Part shown: positions 1 to 10,606 of the stretch, in pieces
Position numbering within the stretch: position 1 is the stretch's first letter
How the letters are laid out: each line of letters starts with the position of its first letter
Assembly: GCA_963845145.1 (NCBI GenBank)
Contig: CAWJQU010000017.1
Coordinates: 96,001 to 160,000, forward strand
Length of the DNA: 64,000 bases
DNA from: an uncultured delta proteobacterium
GTDB taxonomy: Bacteria; Desulfobacterota; Desulfobacteria; Desulfobacterales; QNYZ01
Direction: 5' to 3'
Made by a program: the position numbers and the translations under genes
The notes under the pieces: generated by a model
What the model was told of the DNA's origin: nothing
The model's database searches: none
What the model saw: the letters and a program-made list of their open reading frames with translations, nothing else

Positions 1-1
1 C

Positions 2-448
2 AAATGGGTAGACACCGCCCTGTCCGAGGGCGCTACCATGGTCCATGATGGCCGGGCGCTGCCCACGGAACTTTCCAAGGGTTTTTTCATGGGGCCGACC
101 ATAGTTGAAAACGTTCATCCCGACATGAACGCGGCTAAAGAAGAGGCCTTCGGTGCCGTGGCCGGATTGATTCGGGCCGACAGTCTTGAACAGGCCATCG
201 AATGGATCAATACCAAAACCGACCTGGGCCATTCCGCCTGTATCATGACGGAAAGCGGCCGCCATGCGCGCAAGTTCGCCCGCGAAGTCAACGTGGGCAA
301 CGTGGGAATCAATGTAGGGGTCCCCCAACCCTACGCCTTTTTCCCACTGGGATCCAAAAGAAAATCATTTATGGGAGGCGCCAAGAGCCGGATGGCATCC
401 ATGAGGCTCTTTCTGGATGAAAAGACAGTAACCGCAAGATGGGTGTAA
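2..448 (+). CDS. Aldehyde dehydrogenase, methylmalonate-semialdehyde dehydrogenase-like, 5' partial
   Basis: Frame open from the window edge. KEEAFGAV (EExFGPV-like) and GNVGINVGVPQPYAFFPLG resemble the MmsA/IolA C-terminus. Confidence 0.8.
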   Translation, partial: KWVDTALSEGATMVHDGRALPTELSKGFFMGPTIVENVHPDMNAAKEEAFGAVAGLIRADSLEQAIEWINTKTDLGHSACIMTESGRHARKFAREVNVGNVGINVGVPQPYAFFPLGSKRKSFMGGAKSRMASMRLFLDEKTVTARWV

Positions 449-550
449 GTGAAAAAGGCGCCCGGCTGGTCTGGGCCATGCCCACAAATTAATGGTATTT
501 GTTGGGCAAGTCCTGACGGCTTTCTTTATAACTGGAAGTGAGAACACTTG

Positions 551-1240
551 ATGAAAGTTCTATCAATCGCGGATATTGCCCGTCGCCACATTGAAGAGGC
601 AATCATAAAAGGAAACTTGAAACCGGGCGCGCAAATCAAGGAGGAACATATCGCCTCTTTTTTGGAAATCAGCCGCCCCCCTATCCGTGAAGCGTTCAAA
701 CACCTCGAAGTAGAAGGACTGGTCGTCAGAAAACCCCGGCGCGGCGTTTTTGTCGCCGAAACAACCATCCAGGACGTGTGGGAAATTTATACGCTTAAAG
801 CGGAGCTGTACAGCTTTTCAATTCATCTTTGTTTTGACCGGATTACCGATTCGGACGTCCGCCGGATGGAAGTACTGTTGAGAGAAATGGAAACGTGTGT
901 GCAAGCTGAACAGTCCGATATCTTTTCCTATCAGGAACTTAATACCCGCTTTCATAATGTGCATGTGGATGCCGCCGGGCATCGCCGGATCAAACAAATG
1001 CTTCACATGCTGCATAATCAAATCAGGCACTTTAGCTACAATAGCCTGTCCAACAATACGTATTTACAAAAAAGTCTTAATTATCATCACAACATTTTTC
1101 AAGCATTTTACGAACGTGATCTGGCGGCGGCAATTAAATGGTCACGTGAACATGTACTTGTTGGATTGAAAAAACTGCAAAAGAACTCAGGCGACTCTTT
1201 TACGAAACCCGATATTAATTCGACCCGTCAGACTGGCTGA
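551..1240 (+). CDS. GntR-family regulator with FCD domain
   Basis: wHTH LKPGAQIKEEHIASFLEISRPPIREAF..L..EGLV; FCD motif NTRFH. Confidence 0.9.
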   Translation: MKVLSIADIARRHIEEAIIKGNLKPGAQIKEEHIASFLEISRPPIREAFKHLEVEGLVVRKPRRGVFVAETTIQDVWEIYTLKAELYSFSIHLCFDRITDSDVRRMEVLLREMETCVQAEQSDIFSYQELNTRFHNVHVDAAGHRRIKQMLHMLHNQIRHFSYNSLSNNTYLQKSLNYHHNIFQAFYERDLAAAIKWSREHVLVGLKKLQKNSGDSFTKPDINSTRQTG

Positions 1241-1245
1241 TTAAA

Positions 1246-2759
1246 ATGAAGATCAATACAGATAAATGTAACGGCTGCGGGCTGTGCGCCAGAGATTGCC
1301 CCCTGGCTGTTATCCTCCTTGAGGAAAAAAAGGCAGCCATTAAAAAGGGATGTGTCGAGTGCCGCACCTGTATGAAAGTTTGTCCCCAGCAGGCAGTCGA
1401 TGACATTCAAACTCCGGTGCCCGGAATGATAACCTGCACATGCTGTCCGGTGGCCTGCCAAATTCCTGAGGATCGAACCGGTGCCTGCCGCCGTTTTGCC
1501 AACCAGAAGGGGCTGCTTGTTCGCGTTCAACCGCTTTTAACCTATAAGGATGTGGCCGGCGATCTTTTACCCGAACCGGAACCTCGAATAAATAAGCCGA
1601 TTATTACGGCTATTGGCGCCGGTGGGACCTACCCTGACTACGTGCCCGCGCCTTACATTGTTTCCGATAAAATAGACGGTATTGACGTGGTCACCGTGGT
1701 GACAGAAGTTCCGCTCTCCTATTCCGGCGTCAAAGTCAAAATAGACACGGATTTGCCGGTGGGATCTGAGGGGGCAAAAATCAAATTCGATGGACGCACC
1801 GTCGGGATGGTGGAGACCGAGGAGTATGGGTCCAAGATGCTGGCCATTGGCGGAGTGAATCGGTTTACCGGAAAAGCAGGGTTTGCTGCTGCACGCGCAG
1901 TGGCAGCCATTGCCAATCGTGAAGCCGTGTCGCTTTCAGTTCAAAAGGGAGCCAAGCTCGATGTTCAGGTGGGGCAGGCCCCGGTCGTAAATGGAGTAAA
2001 AGCGGCCAAAATGCGCGTCGGTTGCGGATCGGCCACCGCCGGCTTGTTCGCCAGGTTTTTCGAAAAAGCGGCAGACGACGTGATTGTTCTGGATGCGCAT
2101 ATCACTTCCCTTTTCAGCCATCACACGGCCGGTCGTTTCCTGGGCAAAAAGCCTTCGGGCATAGAGTTAGTTTACCCTGTCTCCACTCCCGGCCGCTACT
2201 TCGGAAGACACGGAGATGGATGGGGGGGACCGATATCCAAGATCCTTTGGATATCGTGGCAACGGTAAATACCCGCTTGACACCCCCCGGCAATACCTTG
2301 CTCATTACCGAGACAACCGGCGAAAACGCGGCCATGTTCCGATTAGGCGATGAGGGTCGTTTCGATCCAATTGAAATAAGTCAACAGGCCCGCTTAGCTG
2401 TTGCCGTCATCGCCGAAACGTGCCAGGAATCCAAGGTGTCGGCCCTTTTCGTAGGTGGTGCGGGAGGTTCGGCCCGGGCCGGTGTTGTTAAATACCCGTT
2501 ACGTCTGACCCGGGCGGTCCACGACCGCAAAGCCGTTTTGACCTGTGGCGGAGCGCCGGTTTTTGTATTGCCGGGCGGTGGCATCACCTTCTATGTGGAT
2601 GTCGAACAGGTTCGCACAGGTGCATTTACCTGGGTTCCCACCCCTGCCAGCGTCGCCCCGGTGGAGTATACTATGCGCTTGAAAGATTATAAAAGTATAG
2701 GTGGTCATGTTGAAGCAATGCAGCCATTTTCGGCCCTAGAACCCAAACCATTTTTCTAA
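1246..2759 (+). pseudogene. 6-hydroxynicotinate reductase-like Fe-S flavoprotein with one frameshift (probably a sequence error)
   Basis: N-terminal 2x[4Fe-4S] motifs, CxCCPVxC, VVTVVTE..SYSGVKVKIDTD, MRVGCGSA, GGAGGSARAGV. ORFs 1246-2268 and 2022-2759 join as GDGWGGTDI if the G7 run at 2222-2228 is G8. Confidence 0.8.
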
Positions 2760-2780
2760 CACAAGGGAAAAGGAGAAACT

Positions 2781-3854
2781 ATGAAAACGAGAAGAAGTGA
2801 TCTGAAAACTTTATTCATCTTGGTCTTATTATCCGTCCTTTTTATTGGTTTAAATCCATATCCGGCTGATGCCGATTCCGAAATCAATCTGAAGTTCAGT
2901 ACTTGGCATCCTCCGGCCGGTCGGGAGGTAAAAACCGTCTGGATTCCTATGCTCGAAGAGTTGAAAAAAAGATCCAACGGCCGTATCACCTACACCCTTT
3001 ATGCCGGTGGTGCCCTGGGAAAAGGCCCGGAGCATTTTGATATCGTTAAAAATGGACTGTCGGATATGGGCTATTTTACCGCCACCTGGACACCGGGACG
3101 CTTCCCGATGGCCGACATTCTTTCGCTGGCCACACCCGTTAAAGGGAAAGACACCGCTGCACGGATCGGTAACAGCATGTTAGAACAAAACCCGGCGATT
3201 CAAAAGGAGTTCCAAGGTGTGAAGGTTTTGGAACTAAATGGTTGTATTTCCGCCTATTTATGGACCAAGAAACCGGTGCGGAGCCTAGCCGACTGCAAAG
3301 GGTTAAAGATCCGCTCGCCTGGAGGGTTTCAAACCAATTATATTAAAGCCCTTGGTGCCGAGCCGGTCTTCATGCCGTTGGGAGATGTCTATCTGGCACT
3401 TGAAACCGGTACGATCGACGGTTTGGTTACCTGTCCGCCTCTGGTGTTGGCCTTCAAACTGCATGAGGTTGCCAAATACGGTGTTATCTCCACTTTCGGG
3501 TGTGTCACCGAAGGGGTGGTCATGAACCAGAAAAGCTGGGATAAGATGGCCCCCGACCTGCAGAAAATAGTGACAGAGGTCGTATCCAATCCCTTCCATA
3601 CAACTCACGGTTTAAACAATGATGTTTACGCCCAGATGATGAAAGATATTGCCGCCAAAGGTGTTGATCTTTACGAACTACCGGACGAAGAACAGACCAA
3701 GTGGTTCGAGGGATTTACCACGGTTACCGAGACCTGGATCAAGGATATGACCGCAAAGGGACTACCCGCAGAGGACGCCGTTAAGTTATACTCACGGGTT
3801 GTTAAGGGGGAGGGATTGACCTGTGATGTCATTCCCCCCGCTTTGCAGGAATAG
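2781..3854 (+). CDS. dctP: TRAP transporter solute-binding protein
   Basis: Signal peptide; GLKIRSPG and MPLGDVYLALETGTIDG motifs. Confidence 0.92.
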   Translation: MKTRRSDLKTLFILVLLSVLFIGLNPYPADADSEINLKFSTWHPPAGREVKTVWIPMLEELKKRSNGRITYTLYAGGALGKGPEHFDIVKNGLSDMGYFTATWTPGRFPMADILSLATPVKGKDTAARIGNSMLEQNPAIQKEFQGVKVLELNGCISAYLWTKKPVRSLADCKGLKIRSPGGFQTNYIKALGAEPVFMPLGDVYLALETGTIDGLVTCPPLVLAFKLHEVAKYGVISTFGCVTEGVVMNQKSWDKMAPDLQKIVTEVVSNPFHTTHGLNNDVYAQMMKDIAAKGVDLYELPDEEQTKWFEGFTTVTETWIKDMTAKGLPAEDAVKLYSRVVKGEGLTCDVIPPALQE

Positions 3855-3890
3855 CCACCACCCGGATGCAATCATTGCTTGAGAGGGACC

Positions 3891-4379
3891 ATGATAACAA
3901 GATTTCAATTCAAGGAATATTTACAGAAAACAACACGAGTGCTCTGTTATGTGGGCATGGTCCTTCTCATTCCGATGATGCTTTTAACCACAGGTGAGGT
4001 GTTGGGCCGGGCTATATGGAGCAAGCCCATACCCGGTACCATGGAGATATCCAGCTATATGCTGGCCATTTTTGTTTTGCTCGGTGTCGCTTATACCCAT
4101 CAGGTCAAGGGACACGTCCGGGTGGAGATGTTTATTAAATGGCTGCCACGCCAGGTGAGGAATAGCCTTGATGTTGTGACCACGCTACTCAGCCTCTTTA
4201 TTGTGATTATTTTAGCCTGGCAGGGGTGGATTTTGGGTATGGAAGAAAAAGCTGTCAGCGACATGTTAAGGGTACCGCAGTGGCCTTTTAAATTCCTCGT
4301 TTTTGTTGCGGCGACTGCTTTGACCTTGGAATTGGTTATCGACCTGGCTGAGGCCGGAAAGCGTCTATTCGGGAGATAA
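3891..4379 (+). CDS. dctQ: TRAP transporter small permease
   Basis: Four TM segments, GHVRVE motif, position between dctP and dctM. Confidence 0.9.
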   Translation: MITRFQFKEYLQKTTRVLCYVGMVLLIPMMLLTTGEVLGRAIWSKPIPGTMEISSYMLAIFVLLGVAYTHQVKGHVRVEMFIKWLPRQVRNSLDVVTTLLSLFIVIILAWQGWILGMEEKAVSDMLRVPQWPFKFLVFVAATALTLELVIDLAEAGKRLFGR

Positions 4380-4382
4380 GGT

Positions 4383-5690
4383 TTGGATCCTATCATCATT
4401 GGAATAATCGGCACTTTTTTTGTTTTTGGGCTGCTGTTCGTGGGGATGCCCATCGCCTATGCGCTGATGCTAGTGGGCTTTTTGGGGGTAAGTTATTTAA
4501 CCAGCTTTGGCGCGGCTTTGCCGATGGTCGCCAGTACGGTATACGAGGTCGCCTCATATTATCCCTACACGGTCATTCCTCTTTTTATCGTTATGGGAGG
4601 TTTTGCGGGAACCTCCGGAATGACCAAAAACCTGTACAGTGCTTTTGAAAAATGGTTTAGACCCCTCCCCGGCGGCTTAGCCATCGCCACGATTGGTGCC
4701 TGTGCTGGATTTGCAGCAGTCTCCGGCTCGTCGGTGGCTACGGCAGCTACTTTGGGAACAGTGGCAATGCCGGAAATGAATCGTTTTAAATACTCCCCCT
4801 ATTTATCAACCGGTAGTATTGCCGCCGGAGGTACTTTGGGGTTTCTGATTCCGCCATCCATTGGATTCGTCGTTTACGGTATGTTAACCGAGCAATCCAT
4901 CGGAAAACTGCTGGTGGCCGGAATGGTTCCCGGTATCGCCCTGGCGTTGGCCTATATTCTGATCGTCATTTTGATGGTCAAAATTAATCCTACGTTGGCT
5001 CCTGTGAGTTTGGATCCAGTATCATGGCAAGGGAAATTACAGTCATTAGTGGGGATATGGGAGCCACTTCTTATTTTTTTAGTCGTCATGGGGGGTATAT
5101 ACGGTGGTTTTTTCACACCCACTGAAGCCGGGGCTATCGGAGCAACAATCCTATTTTCGGCGGCTCTGATCAAAGGTAAGCTCACATTGAATATTCTAGT
5201 AGGAGCGTTGCAAGAAGCGGTACGCATTTCGATCATGGTTTTGTTTCTCGTAGCCGGAGCCAACGTATTCAGCTATTTTCTGGCACTGTCGACAATCCCA
5301 ATGCGTGCCGCCGGCTGGGCCGCATCGCTTCAAGTTTCGCCCTACGTGATCCTTGCAGTAATTATCACGATCTACCTGCTTCTCGGCTGTCTTTTGGACG
5401 CCATTTCAATGATGGTCCTGACAATGCCGGTTGTTTTTCCAGTGATCGAATCCCTTAATTTTCATCCGGTTTGGTTCGGGGTTATCTCAGTTTTAATGAT
5501 GGAGGCCGGCCTTATTACCCCCCCAATGGGGCTTAATATATATACCGTCGCCGGGGTGGCCGGTGATGTACCTGTTGAGACGATTTTCAAAGGCGTCACT
5601 CCTTTTCTAATCGCTATCATCGGAATTGTCCTGCTCGTTACTATTTTCCCGCAAATGGCCCTTTTTTTGCCTGAGATGATGCTGAGGTAA
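4383..5690 (+). CDS. dctM: TRAP transporter large permease
   Basis: SGSSVATAA, LIPPS, FTPTEAG and GLITPPMG motifs; TTG start. Confidence 0.93.
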   Translation: MDPIIIGIIGTFFVFGLLFVGMPIAYALMLVGFLGVSYLTSFGAALPMVASTVYEVASYYPYTVIPLFIVMGGFAGTSGMTKNLYSAFEKWFRPLPGGLAIATIGACAGFAAVSGSSVATAATLGTVAMPEMNRFKYSPYLSTGSIAAGGTLGFLIPPSIGFVVYGMLTEQSIGKLLVAGMVPGIALALAYILIVILMVKINPTLAPVSLDPVSWQGKLQSLVGIWEPLLIFLVVMGGIYGGFFTPTEAGAIGATILFSAALIKGKLTLNILVGALQEAVRISIMVLFLVAGANVFSYFLALSTIPMRAAGWAASLQVSPYVILAVIITIYLLLGCLLDAISMMVLTMPVVFPVIESLNFHPVWFGVISVLMMEAGLITPPMGLNIYTVAGVAGDVPVETIFKGVTPFLIAIIGIVLLVTIFPQMALFLPEMMLR

Positions 5691-5763
5691 GCGTAATGGA
5701 TCGTATTTAAGCTGTTAATAATCAACATGTTTTACACTTCACAACGATATTAAGGAGGTAAAA

Positions 5764-6468
5764 ATGCGTACTTTGAATGCTTTCATTTTAACAGTGATTA
5801 TTGGAGGACTCATTATGGCTACATCCTCTACATCGATAGCGGCAGAAGGAAAAACGGCCGTCATTGTGGTTGATCTACAGGGTGATTTCACTACATTTAA
5901 GAATGGATCACTGGCGGTTGATGGTACGGATGAAGCATTTGTTGCTAAAGTAAAAGAAGTAACCAAAACGCTTAGCGATAAAGGATATCCCATCTACGGC
6001 ACCCAGGACTGGCATCCGGCTGAGCATGTTTCCTTTTTTTCAAACCATGATGGCAAAAAACCCTTTGAAGCGATCGAAATCGGTGGGCATACGCAGGTGC
6101 TCTGGCCGCCTCATTGTGTTCAGGGAACGGAAAATGCCCGGGTATTGGTGGATAACAATCTATTTATAGCGATCGTTAAAAAGGGTAAGGATAAGCGCTA
6201 TGACAGCTATTCCGGATTTCAGGACGACGGTGGAGATAAAACGGAGATGAACCAGATCTTGAAACGAAACGGGATCACCGATCTGATTATTTATGGTATC
6301 GCCACGGATTATTGCGTGAAAGCAACGGCGATGGATGCGGTAGCCGCAGGGTTTAAAGTCACCGTGATTGAGTCATTGTGCAAGGGGGTAGCACCGGATA
6401 CAACGACCAGCGCACTAAAAGAGATGATAGCCGCTGGTATCACTATTAACAAGGATTTAGAAATGTAG
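5764..6468 (+). CDS. pncA: Nicotinamidase/pyrazinamidase with N-terminal signal-peptide-like segment
   Basis: VVDLQGDF, TQDWHP, LWPPHCVQGT, GIATDYCV. Strong SD TAAGGAGG before ATG 5764. Confidence 0.9.
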   Translation: MRTLNAFILTVIIGGLIMATSSTSIAAEGKTAVIVVDLQGDFTTFKNGSLAVDGTDEAFVAKVKEVTKTLSDKGYPIYGTQDWHPAEHVSFFSNHDGKKPFEAIEIGGHTQVLWPPHCVQGTENARVLVDNNLFIAIVKKGKDKRYDSYSGFQDDGGDKTEMNQILKRNGITDLIIYGIATDYCVKATAMDAVAAGFKVTVIESLCKGVAPDTTTSALKEMIAAGITINKDLEM

Positions 6469-6474
6469 GCCGTT

Positions 6475-7329
6475 ATGGATCCAATTCAGCCGGTCGTACA
6501 GGTAGTTGCTGAAGATCTGGTCCTGGTAGACTGGGGCCCCATGACCTTGACTGTTTCAGTTTGGCGAAAGGGCCAGGCCCGGCCCGTTATTGCGGCAAAA
6601 GTATCCCGCGCCGCTCTTTTCCACCTGCAGACGTTATCTGCGTTCCAGGGCTACCTTAAGCGGAACGTCTCTGTCCTCCCTATCGATCGGCCTCTGCCAA
6701 GCGTGGTTGAAAGGGCATTTGTCGCCGTCCGGAGTATATCCGAGGATTTAACCCCGCTGGCCGCGGTTGCCGGAGCTGTTGCTGACGAGGTGGCAGCCCG
6801 GGCCATCGATCTGGGGGCTGATCGGGTGATTGTCAACAACGGCGGGGATATTGCTGTTAGAGTCAATACCGGGGAGCGCGTAGTCGTAGGGTTAAAGCTT
6901 CCCGGTTCAGACAACTTGTTCGGACAACTTCACGTGGAGGGCGGATCCGGCATTGGTGGTGTGGCATCCAGTGGGTGGGCTGGTAGAAGCCATTCGCCTG
7001 GGGTGGCTGATATGGTCACAGTCTGGGGCTGTAGCGCCGGACTCGCCGATGCAGCCGCGACCTTTATTGCCGGCAAAACGGTTGTTTATAGTAAAAATAT
7101 CCAACAAACCCGGGCCTGCGAGTTGGACTCACTTTCCGATTTGGGTGATACCTTTGTCACTGAAACCGTTGGCAGGTTGACATCTGCTAAACGGTTGGAG
7201 GCGCTTGACCAGGGAGTCTCTGCGGCGGAAAGGATATATGAAAAGGGTCTTCTACGTGGGTACATGCTTCATGTTCAAGGTGAAACCATTCTAATGGATC
7301 CGGATGCTATGATGAAAATAAGTGATTGA
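6475..7329 (+). CDS. UPF0280/ApbE-like protein
   Basis: GP motif, LTPLAAVAGAVAD, VNNGGDIA, GVASSGWAGRSHSPGVAD..TV, ADAAAT. Confidence 0.85.
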   Translation: MDPIQPVVQVVAEDLVLVDWGPMTLTVSVWRKGQARPVIAAKVSRAALFHLQTLSAFQGYLKRNVSVLPIDRPLPSVVERAFVAVRSISEDLTPLAAVAGAVADEVAARAIDLGADRVIVNNGGDIAVRVNTGERVVVGLKLPGSDNLFGQLHVEGGSGIGGVASSGWAGRSHSPGVADMVTVWGCSAGLADAAATFIAGKTVVYSKNIQQTRACELDSLSDLGDTFVTETVGRLTSAKRLEALDQGVSAAERIYEKGLLRGYMLHVQGETILMDPDAMMKISD

Positions 7330-7641
7330 TGACTTATACCCTTCAACCTTCACCACCATTTGGAATATTTTAAGGTACTCATCAAAAACGGCTTTGCTTG
7401 TTGCCTTGAGTCCAGCCTGAAAAAGATCCTTCTCTTTAAAGTCCATTACCTGCGGCTAACCCCTATATTTTTCCCGTGTAGCGATAATGATAAACATTCG
7501 TTTCCCCAGATACTGTATCAATTAAGAATACCAAGCCAACAGAATCGAGAAACCTGATTTTAATTGATGTCATTCCTGGAGCGTGCTAGGGTTTAATACA
7601 CCTTATTTTTACCGAATAGGACCGGTTTGAATTAACAAAAG

Positions 7642-9156
7642 ATGGCTACACAACCCGCACGTAAATCTGAACAACATAATTACTCAACGTCAATAGCGAT
7701 TGGGGCCGGTCTGGTGATGGCCCAGATAGTTGCTACGATTCAGGTCGGCTGGTCTAATCATACCCTGTATAACCGTGTCATGTCAGTGATAGAATCGGGA
7801 TATATCGCTGTGCCTGGTGACCGGATCGAACCAGGGCTATTGTCTCTAAAGGCGGCAATGGGAGGAGGGCTTTTTTTTACGTTGACGGTGGGCGCTTTCT
7901 TAAGCCTGTTTACCATCGGGTGGCTACAACTGTTCAATGGCCCTTTGAACAGGCCGAAATGGGGGGCTGCAACGTTGACGGTCCTGGTTGCCGGGGGATT
8001 GGTTGGATGCAATTGGAACGGTTTTAACCTTTTTGGTTCGCTCTACCTGCTTTTCATTCCGTTGCTTCTTTGTCTGGTGGATAAAAAATGGGGGGCCAGG
8101 CCGAAGAAAGATGGTTTTATTATCCATATACTTTTGCTTTTTGGGCCGATCATAATATTGGCCCTTTTGGGCTTATCTCGATTTGATCGAGATGTTTTTA
8201 GCGATGTGCGGGATCAATTACTATTGTCCAATTCACCGGGTCGGGCGGTGAATGATTTTTACTATCGATATAGCCTGTATCCGGCCGAATCTTTTAAATC
8301 CCTGGCCCAGAAGCAAATACGCACGGTTTATCTGGATGATACGTTTCGACCTTCACTAAGGTCATCTCTTGGCGATACCCTCGCGGCCCGTGATTATTTG
8401 CCCGTGCCCACCGAAGATCAAGCGAATATGGTTTTCCGGCCGGGTGCCGATGGACATTTAATCATTGAATCCCGCATCAGGACCGAACGGATGCAGGCTG
8501 ACTCGTTTTTAAAAAGCCCAGACTCCTCTCTACTGCAGCTTACACGGGCATTCGACAACTATTGGGGGCTTCGAAAAATTATTTTGATTTCGCTGTTATG
8601 CGGGCTCCCCCTATTGGTCTATCTGTCGGTATTCGGTGCAATCCGTATGGTATTGGCTCAGGTGTTACCGATACGGGTGGCGACGATCGGTGCTTCGATG
8701 ACCTGCCTTATCTTGGGGGTTATTGTAATATGGCCACTGAACGCTGCCAAAATGATGAAACCGTCTCGTACAATGATGTTTGATCTGGTCGGATCCTCCG
8801 ATCCGCAGAAACGATTGACAGGTCTCAAACTTCTGGAAAGGGAAGGGGTTGACCTCTCCTCATATCCGATATATCCCCTAATCCTGCATAGCCGCTATGT
8901 CGCCGTCCGTTATCGGCTGGCCCGTATATTGGCGCACGGTCGCGGGGAACCGACATATCGCGATCTTTTGGAGATGCTCAACGATTCCAGCCCCAATGTG
9001 GTTTGCATGGCCTTGCGATCATTGGGCATACGATTAAACCGCCAGGCGATCCCAATCATTTTGGACAAACTACAACAGTCGAACCACTGGTACGTCCAAT
9101 GGTACGCCTACAATGCATTGAAAAAGTTGAAATGGCGACAATACGCGTTGAACTAA
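7642..9156 (+). CDS. Multi-pass membrane protein with C-terminal HEAT-like repeats
   Basis: About 7-8 hydrophobic segments; C-terminal LLEMLNDSSPNVVCMALRSLG and HWYVQWYAYNAL. Confidence 0.7.
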   Translation: MATQPARKSEQHNYSTSIAIGAGLVMAQIVATIQVGWSNHTLYNRVMSVIESGYIAVPGDRIEPGLLSLKAAMGGGLFFTLTVGAFLSLFTIGWLQLFNGPLNRPKWGAATLTVLVAGGLVGCNWNGFNLFGSLYLLFIPLLLCLVDKKWGARPKKDGFIIHILLLFGPIIILALLGLSRFDRDVFSDVRDQLLLSNSPGRAVNDFYYRYSLYPAESFKSLAQKQIRTVYLDDTFRPSLRSSLGDTLAARDYLPVPTEDQANMVFRPGADGHLIIESRIRTERMQADSFLKSPDSSLLQLTRAFDNYWGLRKIILISLLCGLPLLVYLSVFGAIRMVLAQVLPIRVATIGASMTCLILGVIVIWPLNAAKMMKPSRTMMFDLVGSSDPQKRLTGLKLLEREGVDLSSYPIYPLILHSRYVAVRYRLARILAHGRGEPTYRDLLEMLNDSSPNVVCMALRSLGIRLNRQAIPIILDKLQQSNHWYVQWYAYNALKKLKWRQYALN

Positions 9157-9788
9157 AACCTTTTTTGCTATCCCTCGCGGCGGTTGGGGTCACGGAGGCA
9201 ATGGTTATCATGGCTGCCAACCGGATAACGATCCATCCGATTTTTATTACCGGTGGGATCCGAATGGTCGAAATTCTGATGATCGGCTTCATTATTGGCC
9301 ATGTCTCCCACGGACTGTCGGCTATTGGGATATCTAAAGAAACTGCTGGGCAGGGTTTGGTCCGGGGAATGGTTTGGTCGTTAAGATTCGGTTTGGTTGT
9401 CTTGGCCGTTTTTTCGGGCCTTTTTTTAATGGGTATCAATCCGGTGCGATTGATCGGTGTGCGTTTACCCTCGGGATATCTGAATCTGATCGGCTTCTTC
9501 TTTGTGGGTGGTTTGATCAGCCCTATCGCGGAAGAGATGTTTTTCCGAGGCGTTGTGTTCGGGTTTTTGCGGCGATGGGGATTCTGGTTGGCGATGATTG
9601 TCAGCACCGGCGTTTTTGTCCTGCCCCATCTTTCCGGCGTTGGCGTTCCGCTGACCCAGGTCGCGGGCGGGATTGTATTTGCCGCTGCCTATGAAAAGAC
9701 AGGGAGCCTGATCACTGCCATCACGGTTCATGTCCTGGGAAATCTGGCAATCTTCGGTCTATCGTTTTTTAGACCGATGCTTGGCTGA
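9132..9788 (+). CDS. CPBP (CAAX/Abi) intramembrane glutamic endopeptidase
   Basis: AEEMFFRG, FVLPH and HVLGN motifs; start overlaps the upstream gene. Confidence 0.88.
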   Translation: MATIRVELKPFLLSLAAVGVTEAMVIMAANRITIHPIFITGGIRMVEILMIGFIIGHVSHGLSAIGISKETAGQGLVRGMVWSLRFGLVVLAVFSGLFLMGINPVRLIGVRLPSGYLNLIGFFFVGGLISPIAEEMFFRGVVFGFLRRWGFWLAMIVSTGVFVLPHLSGVGVPLTQVAGGIVFAAAYEKTGSLITAITVHVLGNLAIFGLSFFRPMLG

Positions 9789-9810
9789 ACCATCTATATT
9801 TAACGGTGAT

Positions 9811-10566
9811 TTAACCGTCAAAATGAAGGCTCTCGCCATCGGCAGGGATCAATAGTTGGCGATTGGATATCCCATTTTTGTGAGCGGTTTGTCGTAGCTG
9901 TTCTCGTGTGATAAAACAATGATCCAAAGCTTCCATGTGAACAGCGACAACAGTCGCTTGCGGTGCATGGTTGCAAAGGGCGATAACCATGTCATCATCC
10001 ATGATGATGACATCGCTGCCCGGAAGTTTCGCGCCGGAGGCATGCACGATAATAATATCCGGGCGCACACGTGCTACAATTTGCTTCACAGGTTGACACC
10101 AGATGCTATCTCCGACCCAATAAACGGTCGGTTCATGATTTGCCTCCAAAACAAATCCGGATACTTCCCCCAATTCATTGAGGATATCCCCGCTGCCATG
10201 TTGCCCCTCGGTTCGGGTTATACGGATTTGGTTGAGCGGCATTTGTTCCTGGACGGGGTTTATTGTCTTGAATCCTTCTTCGCGAAAACGCTCTACATCA
10301 ACGGGTTGACAATAAACCGGCAGGGTTTTTGGTAAGGTTTCATAGGCAATTTTGTCAAAATGATCTTGATGCACATGAGACGCCAGTACCGCATCGATAT
10401 TCGCCATGATTTCGGCCATTGTCATGGGTAAAGGCGTTGTCGGGTTAGGCGCGATACCGGCCCAGGATTCTATGGCCCCCACATCGGATAGCATGGGGTC
10501 GGTGAGAAGGGTGGTGCCGGCCATTTCAATGCGCATGGTAGCGTTTCGAATGAGTTGGAGTTTCAT
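9811..10566 (-). CDS. MBL-fold metallo-hydrolase
   Basis: IRNAT, LTDPML, SHVHQDHFD, YWVGDS, VHMEALDH. Confidence 0.88.
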   Translation of the reverse strand: MKLQLIRNATMRIEMAGTTLLTDPMLSDVGAIESWAGIAPNPTTPLPMTMAEIMANIDAVLASHVHQDHFDKIAYETLPKTLPVYCQPVDVERFREEGFKTINPVQEQMPLNQIRITRTEGQHGSGDILNELGEVSGFVLEANHEPTVYWVGDSIWCQPVKQIVARVRPDIIIVHASGAKLPGSDVIIMDDDMVIALCNHAPQATVVAVHMEALDHCFITREQLRQTAHKNGISNRQLLIPADGESLHFDG

Positions 10567-10606
10567 ATAGTCAGCCTGTTTGTTGAATTTTAGGTATTTG
10601 TCTCTA

